A stretch of DNA of 53,036 nt, taken from NCBI GenBank assembly GCA_039179915.1, contig JBCDEF010000001.1, positions 1 through 53,036 of the forward strand, written 5' to 3'. How positions within the stretch are numbered: position 1 is the first letter of the stretch; the number at the start of each line of letters is the position of its first letter. The notes below the pieces were generated by a model. The model had not been told where the DNA came from, made no database searches, and saw only the letters and a program-made list of their open reading frames with translations. Source of the DNA: Planctomycetota bacterium (GTDB taxonomy: Bacteria; Planctomycetota; Phycisphaerae; Phycisphaerales; UBA1924). The position numbers and the translations under genes are program-made. Positions 41,846 through 49,455 of this stretch are shown here, in pieces.

Positions 41846-42049
41846 TCACTTGCAGGTCAGCTGGAAGAACCGCTGCGCCGACCCATTGGGCCCGACGGCG
41901 AAGCTCTTGGTCATCCCGCACGCCGGGCACCGGGCGACGTACATCGGCTGATCCGGCCGGCGGTACACCCGGACATAGTGGTTCGCGCACTCGAAGTAAA
42001 TCCGGAGGTAGGGCCGGCCGCTCTCACGCCCGGCTGAGGCTGATTGCAT
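41846..42049 (-). CDS. small Cys-containing (zinc-ribbon-like) protein, 67 aa
   Basis: ATG at 42049. YLRIYFECANHYVRVYRRPDQPMYVARCPACGMTKSF has C..H...CxxC. Strong G/C third-position bias. The rest of the 356-aa ORF is a shadow of lpxI. Confidence 0.5.
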   Translation of the reverse strand: MQSASAGRESGRPYLRIYFECANHYVRVYRRPDQPMYVARCPACGMTKSFAVGPNGSAQRFFQLTCK

Positions 42050-42101
42050 GGGGGTGCTATCGGCGTGCCCGCCCGCGTCGAGTTCAATATAGACTGCGGC
42101 C

Positions 42102-43022
42102 GTGCCCGCGCAGCTGACCATCCTGCCGGACCCGCCCGCGCCGCCCACGCCCATCGGCCTGATCGCCGCCGGCGGGCGACTGCCCGCCCTCGTCGCCGAG
42201 GGCCTCCGCGAGCAGGGCCACCCGGTCCACGGCCTGGGCCTTTCGGGCCAGTACGAGCCCGATCTGCCGATGCTCTGCGACTCGTTCCGGGGCGTCGGGC
42301 TCTTCCGGGTCGGCACCTGGGGCTCGCTGCTCAAGAAGATCGGCGTCCGCCACGCGATCATGGTCGGTAAGGTCGACAAGGCCAAGCTCATGCACGACCC
42401 GCTCAAGCTCATGCGGCACGTGCCCGACCTCCGTACCCTCCGGGTGTGGTACCGCGACCTCCGGCACGACCGCCGGTCGCACGCGGTGCTCAAAGCCATC
42501 GCCGACGAGCTCGACCGAAGCGGAGTCAGCCTGATCGATTCGACCGCCTCCATCCCCGACCAACTCGCCACCAGCGGCGTGATGACCCGCCGCAAGCCCT
42601 CCGCCGAGCAGCAGGCGGACATCGAGTTTGTCTGGCCGCTGCTCACCGAGACGCTGCGGCTCGACATCGGCCAGGCCCTGGCCGTCCGCGACCGGGACGT
42701 GATCGCCGTCGAGGCCGTCGAGGGCACCGATCGGATGATCCAGCGGACCGCCGACCTCTGCCGCGGCAGGCCATGGACGCTCTGCAAGGGCGCCCGCGTC
42801 GGCCATGACCGGCGGTCCGATGTCCCCACCGTCGGCATCGACACCGTCAAGCGATTGCACGAGGCCGGCGGACGCTGCCTGGCCCTCGCCGCCGGCGACG
42901 TGATCATGCTCGACAAGCCCTACATGCTCGGCCTCGCCGACGAGATGGGCGTCGCGGTCCTCGGCGTGCCGATCGGGCCGTCCCGAACCAGCCGCAGCCG
43001 CGACGACCGGGACCCGGCTTGA
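42102..43022 (+). CDS. lpxI: UDP-2,3-diacylglucosamine pyrophosphatase LpxI (DUF1009 family)
   Basis: IGLIAAGGRLPALVAEGLREQGHPV..., IGQALAVRDRDVIAVEAVEGTDRMI, and DVPTVGIDTVKRLHEAGGRCLALAAGDVIMLD. Confidence 0.75.
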   Translation: MPAQLTILPDPPAPPTPIGLIAAGGRLPALVAEGLREQGHPVHGLGLSGQYEPDLPMLCDSFRGVGLFRVGTWGSLLKKIGVRHAIMVGKVDKAKLMHDPLKLMRHVPDLRTLRVWYRDLRHDRRSHAVLKAIADELDRSGVSLIDSTASIPDQLATSGVMTRRKPSAEQQADIEFVWPLLTETLRLDIGQALAVRDRDVIAVEAVEGTDRMIQRTADLCRGRPWTLCKGARVGHDRRSDVPTVGIDTVKRLHEAGGRCLALAAGDVIMLDKPYMLGLADEMGVAVLGVPIGPSRTSRSRDDRDPA

Positions 43023-43654
43023 CCGCGGACCACTCCTACGCCAGCCGCGGCGGGCTCAAACTCGCCCACGCGCTCGACCGCTTCGACCTCGATGTCGCCG
43101 GGCTCGCCGGCGCCGATCTGGGCTGCTCGACCGGCGGGTTCACCGACTGCCTCCTCCAACGAGGCGCGGCCCACGTCGTCTGCGTCGATACCGCCTACGG
43201 CGAGCTGGCTTGGAAGCTCAGGCAGGACGAACGAACGACTGTCCTCGAACGCACCAACGCGCTGCACGCCGAGCCGGTGCGCACCGTCGATCTCGTCGTG
43301 ATCGACATCGGATGGACTCCGCAGCGGCTCGCGCTGCCCGCGGCCGCGGCGTGGCTCGCACCGGGCGGGAGGGTCATCTCGCTTATCAAGCCGCACTACG
43401 AGCTGTCCGACGAAGAAAAAGCCATCCGGGGCGACGCGGGCGTGCTCGACGACGAGCTCGCAAAGGCCGTCACCGACCGGGTCATTGCCGGTCTGCCCGG
43501 GATGGGCTTCCGATCGCTCGGGCTGACCAAGTCGCCGATCGTCGGCGGCGCGACACGCAGCAAACGCAAGAGCCGAGGCAACGCCGAGTGGCTCGCGCTC
43601 GTTGAGCCGATAGCCTTGCACGAGCCGACACAGCCGCCCACGCCGGGCGAGTAA
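43019..43654 (+). CDS. tlyA: TlyA-family (FtsJ-like) rRNA 2'-O-methyltransferase lacking the N-terminal S4 domain
   Basis: SRGGLKLAHALDRFDLDVAGLAGADLGCSTGGFTDCLLQRGAAHVVCVDTAYGELAWKLRQDERTTVLERTN. The TTG start overlaps the lpxI TGA. Confidence 0.7.
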   Translation: MTADHSYASRGGLKLAHALDRFDLDVAGLAGADLGCSTGGFTDCLLQRGAAHVVCVDTAYGELAWKLRQDERTTVLERTNALHAEPVRTVDLVVIDIGWTPQRLALPAAAAWLAPGGRVISLIKPHYELSDEEKAIRGDAGVLDDELAKAVTDRVIAGLPGMGFRSLGLTKSPIVGGATRSKRKSRGNAEWLALVEPIALHEPTQPPTPGE

Positions 43655-43712
43655 CGCGCAGCGTGGGCGGCGAGGAGAACGCGGATGATCCGGGCCTGAG
43701 CCCGACCGCCGG

Positions 43713-44300
43713 CTAGCAGCCGCGGCGATGCCGCCAGTGCCGGAAGCGGCGGTCGTGCCATTTCCGGTCGTGCCAGCGGTGGAAACCGCGGCGGTGCACA
43801 TCCCGGCGGAACCTTCGCCGGTCGTGGCCCCGCCAATGGCCACCCCGGTGGAAACGGTGTGGCTGGATCACGGTCGTGTACCCGTCGCACCAGACCTTGA
43901 ACCGGTAGCCGCGGGCGATCACGCGTACCCGGTGGTGCCGGCCCTTGACGATCACGCACCCGTCGCGGACCCACGCGTCGAAGCCGTCGCACCGCAGCGC
44001 CTCGGCCAGCGGCCGGGCGAGCGACTCGCCGAAGCGAAAGTCGACCCGCGACCGCCCGATCGTGACCCAGCCCCGGTCGAGCCGGCACGCGCACCGGCGC
44101 GTCCGGCAGAGGCGGCAGCGGTCCGCATGCCCCCCACCGCCGCGGTCCGCGGACCTTGCCCCGGTCCTCTCCCCGGCCCGGTCCCCGGCCCTGTCGAGCG
44201 CTCCGGCCGCATGGGCACCTAATGCCGGAACCGACAAAGCGGCCGCGAGCAGACATCGGGCAAGCGCCCGGCCGCAGGCTGTTGTGGGCATCGTTCGCAT
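43713..44300 (-). CDS. secreted Cys-containing protein with extreme Arg/His/Trp-rich C-terminal tail
   Basis: ATG at 44300 preceded by AAGGAGG. Signal peptide (ALARCLLAAALSVPALGAHA). Third positions are nearly all G/C. The last 48 aa contain 18 Arg, 10 His, 4 Trp and 4 Phe (counted). Confidence 0.7.
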   Translation of the reverse strand: MRTMPTTACGRALARCLLAAALSVPALGAHAAGALDRAGDRAGERTGARSADRGGGGHADRCRLCRTRRCACRLDRGWVTIGRSRVDFRFGESLARPLAEALRCDGFDAWVRDGCVIVKGRHHRVRVIARGYRFKVWCDGYTTVIQPHRFHRGGHWRGHDRRRFRRDVHRRGFHRWHDRKWHDRRFRHWRHRRGC

Positions 44301-44480
44301 CGGACACCTCCTTCTGATTCCTTGTTGCCAGAGCATCGAGCGGGCCGATCGACGCCGACCGGGCCAGAACGCTCACGCTCCCGAGCTTCGAGCCGTCCAT
44401 CCGCGGCTCCGGGCCGGAATCCGCCCCGAGCGGCCCATGGTGACACGCAGCAGCCCGAATCCCAAAAAAAGTTAGTCGAC

Positions 44481-44507
44481 GGAAACTTTTTGCCCGTCCC
44501 GTCGTCT
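44481..44507 (+). promoter_or_regulatory. ECF-type promoter candidate GGAAAC-N16-CGTCT
   Basis: GGAAAC at 44481-44486 and CGTCT at 44503-44507, inside the only AT-rich patch of the 286-nt divergent spacer and ~80 nt upstream of the ATG at 44587. Confidence 0.45.
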
Positions 44508-44586
44508 TTCTTGTCAGGGGCGTCCCCGGCTCGCCGGATCGCTCAAACGGAGCAGCACCCGCCGCTCCACACAGGAGGCCGCAGCC

Positions 44587-45237
44587 ATGCACGCCGACAA
44601 CATCGCCAGCTCATTCGTCACCACGGACGACCCCAACCGGCTCAGCCCGATCGAAGGCAGCCTGATGGACGCCTGCAATCTGGCTCACCTGGCGCGAGCC
44701 GAGGGCAACACCGCGGCGCTCGCGGACATCCGATGTGGCATCGCCGAGCTGCTCGCCCGCTACGACGCGAGCGACGGCGACGGCCACCCGCACCCGACCT
44801 GGGCCCGGCCCAACCAGCGCGCCATGACACAGTCGGCGCTCGGCGATGTGGAGGCCGCGATCAATACCGAGATCGTCGCGCTCCGCTATGCCGATACGCC
44901 GCGGCGTATCGAGGTCAGCGCCGGCAACATCGCCGACCGCCTGCTCCGGATCGGCCGACCCGACGAAGCCGTGCAGTACGTGATCCAGGCGTGGGAAGCG
45001 GCGCCGACCAGCGTGCCCGTGATGATCACCGCGGCGCGGGCGTTCTACCGAGCCGGCCAGCCGGCCGAGGCCCAGGCCGTTTTCGCCGAACTCGCCGAGC
45101 TTGCGCCGCTGCTCGGCCCGGATTCAGACCTGGCCGCGACGCTCCGGCACGAGCACGACCTGAGTGAAATGGCCGACGACCTGCCGGCCCTGCGTGATCT
45201 GTTCGACTGGCTCGACACGCTGGAGGCCCAGTCATGA
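44587..45237 (+). CDS. hypothetical TPR-like helical protein
   Basis: 216 aa with RBS AGGAGG. Helical repeats (RLLRIGRPDEAVQYVIQAWEAAP...AARAFYRAGQPAEAQAVFAELAELAP). Its stop overlaps the next ATG (ATGA). Confidence 0.65.
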   Translation: MHADNIASSFVTTDDPNRLSPIEGSLMDACNLAHLARAEGNTAALADIRCGIAELLARYDASDGDGHPHPTWARPNQRAMTQSALGDVEAAINTEIVALRYADTPRRIEVSAGNIADRLLRIGRPDEAVQYVIQAWEAAPTSVPVMITAARAFYRAGQPAEAQAVFAELAELAPLLGPDSDLAATLRHEHDLSEMADDLPALRDLFDWLDTLEAQS

Positions 45238-45989
45238 ACGGGCCCGAGACGACCTTTGAGCGCGACTTCTGGGCGCTCTACGAACCCGATCTCCGCCAGC
45301 ATCTGGAGCGGGCCTGCTCCGCGCACCTCCGCCGCGTCGGCGGCCCGGTCGACCCCGACGACATGGTCTCGTGGGCCGCGCAGCGTGTCTGGAAGATGCT
45401 GCGAGATCGGCCGAACCAGATCATCGAAGACGGCGTGACCGCCGAGCAGGCCGCCGAGCGAGTGAAGACGGCCGCCCCGCTGCTCGCCCGGTGGGCGTAC
45501 CTGGCCCACATCCGGAAAGAAGCCCGGCACGCCGAGCGCGAGCGGGCGTCCGAGGACCTCGAGGCCGTCCGTCGTCTGTCGGCGGTCCGCGCCGAGCCGG
45601 GCGCGTTCGAGCGGAAGCAGGGCGTGGCCGACGCGCTCGCCGCGGTCCGCGCCCGGGCGAGCGCACAGCTCCGCGGCCGGCTGGCCGCGACCTGGCCCGC
45701 GGCCGACGAGCGGGCACGGATCCAGTCCGCGCTCGATGCCCAACGCGACGAAGACGACGACCTCCGCGACCGAGTCAATTCAGGTGATCTGAAGGAGAAC
45801 ACCGTGCACCAGATGCGTTCCCGCAGCCTGAAAGCCGCCCGCGATCTGTTCCGCGACGCCGGCCGCTTCCTGCCGCTGATCGCCGTGGCCGCGTTCGTCG
45901 CTGCCGCCTTCGCCGGCTCGGCGATGGCCAACGACGACGACGGCGGTGAGCAGACCGGCGGCAAGTCGAAGCATGTCGCTCAACGCTGA
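45234..45989 (+). CDS. divergent ECF-like sigma factor with C-terminal transmembrane anchor (inference)
   Basis: Region-2-like segment (DPDDMVSWAAQRVWKML...LARWAYLAHIRKEARH) and region-4-like segment (ENTVHQMRSRSLKAARDLF), followed by a TM helix (FLPLIAVAAFVAAAFAGSAMA) and a 19-aa tail. Confidence 0.5.
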   Translation: MNGPETTFERDFWALYEPDLRQHLERACSAHLRRVGGPVDPDDMVSWAAQRVWKMLRDRPNQIIEDGVTAEQAAERVKTAAPLLARWAYLAHIRKEARHAERERASEDLEAVRRLSAVRAEPGAFERKQGVADALAAVRARASAQLRGRLAATWPAADERARIQSALDAQRDEDDDLRDRVNSGDLKENTVHQMRSRSLKAARDLFRDAGRFLPLIAVAAFVAAAFAGSAMANDDDGGEQTGGKSKHVAQR

Positions 45990-45996
45990 CAGGCGT

Positions 45997-47058
<1,062 letters not shown>

Positions 47059-47065
47059 CTATCGG

Positions 47066-47473
47066 TCAGGCGGCCTTGGTGAACCGGCCCTTGCAGTAGT
47101 CGTGGAGCAGGCGGTCCTTGTCGCCCGCGCGGGCGAAGCGGGTGAACGCGGCCGCCATCCGCGCCGGGCCCAGGCCGTCCTCGCCCGTCAGCCAGACCAC
47201 GTTGGCGAACGCGAAGACACTCCGGCCCGGTCCGACCAGGATCGGCGTGCCGTCGGGGTTGGGCGGCAGGTCGATCTGCAGCACCACCGGCGTGCCCGGG
47301 GCGATCGGCTCATCCAGCTCGAACGAGACCCCGCCCTCGCTGATGTCCCAGCAGTGGCCCTCCTCCGCGAAGTCGTCCTCGTCAAGCCGGCGGACCGCGA
47401 CGCGGTGGTACATCGGGTCGAGGGCGAACCTGGGCGATCGGCGGCGTTCGTTGTGCTGGGCGGCTGAAGCCAT
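47066..47473 (-). CDS. stand-alone PilZ-domain protein (c-di-GMP receptor candidate)
   Basis: RxxxR (RRSPR) and DxSxxG (DISEGG) motifs at the expected spacing. ATG at 47473 with GGAGA upstream. Confidence 0.8.
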   Translation of the reverse strand: MASAAQHNERRRSPRFALDPMYHRVAVRRLDEDDFAEEGHCWDISEGGVSFELDEPIAPGTPVVLQIDLPPNPDGTPILVGPGRSVFAFANVVWLTGEDGLGPARMAAAFTRFARAGDKDRLLHDYCKGRFTKAA

Positions 47474-47523
47474 GGCAGTGTCTCCGATGGGGTGGCCGCG
47501 GTTCCCATAACCGCGCAGCGGAG

Positions 47524-47531
47524 ATATCGGC
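47524..47531 (-). promoter_or_regulatory. sigma-28/SigD -10-like box GCCGATAT upstream of the PilZ gene (no convincing -35)
   Basis: The minus strand reads GCCGATAT, ending ~50 nt upstream of the ATG. The expected TAAA at N14-16 is absent. Confidence 0.2.
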
Positions 47532-47579
47532 CCCCATGGGGAGCAACCTGAGACCGCGACCGGCACACAACCCGGAAAC

Positions 47580-48050
47580 TCAGCCCTCGGCCGGATCGTG
47601 CGCAAAAAGATCGAGATTGAGCCCATCGATCTTCACGCCCAGCTCGCGCTCGATTTCGGCCAGGTCCGCCGGTCGGATCGCCGACAGCAGGCGGTCGCCT
47701 AAGGCGCCGGGCACATCGATCACCCGGCCGTCGGCCATATGGATGTGGATGTGGTCGCTCACGTCCGCGTCGTAGCGCGCAACGCCGTCGCTCGGGATCT
47801 TGCGGCAGAGCCCGACCTCGGCAAACACCTCAAGCGTGTTGTACACCGTCGCCAGGCTCAGACCCCGCTGGAGATGCCGGACCTCGCAGAACAGCTCATC
47901 CGCGGACGGGTGGCGGGTGCTCGCGGCAAGCGCCGCGTAGAGCCGCTCTCGCTGCTGCGTCACGCGGAGCCCCCGCGACCGCAGCAGGCCGCGGATCGCG
48001 TCGCTGGGCATCGCGCCCGTGGTGTCACAGCTGGGTGTGTTCGGCTCCAT
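47580..48050 (-). CDS. Fur-family transcriptional regulator
   Basis: LRVTQQRERLYAALAAS...HPSADELF...LSLATVYNTLEVFAEVGL winged helix and a His-rich site DHIHIHM; no CxxC pairs. The start is uncertain (ATG 48050 preferred; TTG 48086 possible). Confidence 0.8.
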   Translation of the reverse strand: MEPNTPSCDTTGAMPSDAIRGLLRSRGLRVTQQRERLYAALAASTRHPSADELFCEVRHLQRGLSLATVYNTLEVFAEVGLCRKIPSDGVARYDADVSDHIHIHMADGRVIDVPGALGDRLLSAIRPADLAEIERELGVKIDGLNLDLFAHDPAEG

Positions 48051-48057
48051 CGCACAA

Positions 48058-48086
48058 ATAGTAGTGTTCGGGGTGGTCAATGCCAA
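48058..48086 (-). promoter_or_regulatory. sigma-70-like promoter candidate TTGGCA-N17-TACTAT, 7 nt before the fur-family ATG (possible leaderless mRNA)
   Basis: The reverse complement reads TTGGCA ttgaccaccccgaacac TACTAT ttgtgcg ATG. It is a local AT-rich patch. Confidence 0.3.
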
Positions 48087-48105
48087 CCCCAGGATCGGGA
48101 ACGCG

Positions 48106-48609
48106 TTACCACTCCGAAACTGGTAGCGGCGGCGAGCCGACGGCCGTCGGCCGGTCCAGCCGCATCTTCTTGTGCGGGATGCCGGCTTCCTGGAACGTCT
48201 CCGAATCGGTCCGCCAGCCGAGTTTTTCGTAGAACGGGATCGCGTCGAGCTGGGCGTGGCAGAACAGGCCCTCGAGCCCCAGCTCGGTGAAGGCGTGCGT
48301 TTCGGCCTCGATCACCAGCCGCTTGCCGATCCCCTCGCCCTGCCGCTGGGGGTGGACGGCCATCTGCATCAGCTTGCCCCGGCCCGGCTCGTCGGTCTCT
48401 GAGATCAGCAGTGCGCTGCCCACGACCCGCGGCCCGCCCGGGGTCTCCATGGCAGCAACAAAATGCACGCCCCGCTCCTCGACACCCGGGTAGCCGGCCT
48501 TGAACCGCGCCATGTCGTACCCGATCGGGCGCAGCAGCACCAGCTCGCGGAGCTCGCAGGCGCCGGGATAGAGCGGGCTGTCGGGCGAGATCTGGCGGTA
48601 CTCGATCAC
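48106..48609 (-). CDS. GNAT-family N-acetyltransferase
   Basis: Acetyl-CoA motif MQMAVHPQRQGEGIGKRLV; 167 aa. Confidence 0.85.
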   Translation of the reverse strand: MIEYRQISPDSPLYPGACELRELVLLRPIGYDMARFKAGYPGVEERGVHFVAAMETPGGPRVVGSALLISETDEPGRGKLMQMAVHPQRQGEGIGKRLVIEAETHAFTELGLEGLFCHAQLDAIPFYEKLGWRTDSETFQEAGIPHKKMRLDRPTAVGSPPLPVSEW

Positions 48610-48640
48610 GGCTCGGGCTCTCGGTTTCGGGGCCGCGTTC

Positions 48641-48666
48641 GGAACGGGCCCGCTTCTCGGACGAAT
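48641..48666 (+). promoter_or_regulatory. GGAAC-N16-CGAAT motif (ECF-like -35; weak)
   Basis: GGAAC at 48641-48645 and CGAAT at 48662-48666 in the divergent spacer upstream of the zinc-ribbon membrane genes. Confidence 0.15.
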
Positions 48667-48733
48667 CGGTCTGTCGGGCTTCAGCCCGCGTTCCGGGCGT
48701 CCGATAGGCGAGCTTACCCCGCCGAGACGCGTC

Positions 48734-48759
48734 GGAACGCGTGCCGGCCCGGGGCGAAA
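48734..48759 (+). promoter_or_regulatory. GGAAC-N16-CGAAA motif (ECF-like -35; weak)
   Basis: GGAAC at 48734-48738 and CGAAA at 48755-48759, ~48 nt upstream of the ATG at 48807. Confidence 0.2.
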
Positions 48760-48806
48760 CGCTCGGCCCGGTGCGTCAGAAGACGCCGACGGCTTCGGAG
48801 CCGACC

Positions 48807-49445
48807 ATGGCCGCCACTCGACCGATCTGCACCGACTGCGGCTACCCGGCCGGCGGTCTGGAATCCTCCACCTGCCCGGAATGCGGCGAGCAACCTTCCC
48901 AGACCCGCCCCGCCGCTGTTGAATTCTTCACGAGGCCCCGTCGGCTGCTGCTCGACCGGCTCTGGCGGCCCGAGACCGGGCACTGGGAGCGGGCGCTGCT
49001 GAACGTCTCGATCGCCGCCGTGCTGGCCGCGACGGCGATGGTCTGGCTCTGGCTGATCGACCCGATCCGCGGCGCACTGGGCAAGCCGGTCCAGGCCGCC
49101 GCGATCCTGTTCCACCTGGTGTTCGTCATCGCGGCGGGGCTGACGGTCCTCGGCGGGCTGCTGATCGCGGTGGAGCGCGGCGCCCTGCTGATCGCCGGCC
49201 GCGTGATGCACGTGACGCGTGCGGGGCTGCTGGCCTCACGGATCACGTCCGTCTCGACCGGCGGGCTGGTGGTCGGCGCGGCGGCCGTACTCGCCATCGT
49301 GGCGTTCGTCCAGGCGACGGGTCTCAGCGGCGCCGTCGCCGATGCCCTCCCGCTTGGGGGTGTGCTGACCGGGCTGCTCTCCTGGCTCCGGGCCGCCGCC
49401 GCGGGCCTCTGGACTGCCGGGATGCTGCGCGACGCCGGCTGGTGA
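48807..49445 (+). CDS. polytopic membrane protein with N-terminal CxxCGY...CPECG zinc ribbon (paralogue 1)
   Basis: ICTDCGYPAGGLESSTCPECG followed by ~4 hydrophobic helices. ATG at 48807 with GGAG upstream. Confidence 0.7.
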   Translation: MAATRPICTDCGYPAGGLESSTCPECGEQPSQTRPAAVEFFTRPRRLLLDRLWRPETGHWERALLNVSIAAVLAATAMVWLWLIDPIRGALGKPVQAAAILFHLVFVIAAGLTVLGGLLIAVERGALLIAGRVMHVTRAGLLASRITSVSTGGLVVGAAAVLAIVAFVQATGLSGAVADALPLGGVLTGLLSWLRAAAAGLWTAGMLRDAGW

Positions 49446-49455
49446 ATCATCCGGC

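Noticed and set aside
41846-42916. Full 356-aa minus-strand ORF opposite lpxI
   Set aside because: LpxI motifs are clear on the plus strand. Only the last 67 codons, downstream of lpxI's start, look like a real small gene.
47532-47541. CCCCATGGGG palindrome as a Fur box
   Set aside because: Fur boxes are AT-rich 19-mers. This G/C palindrome could be any protein site or a chance occurrence in GC-rich DNA.
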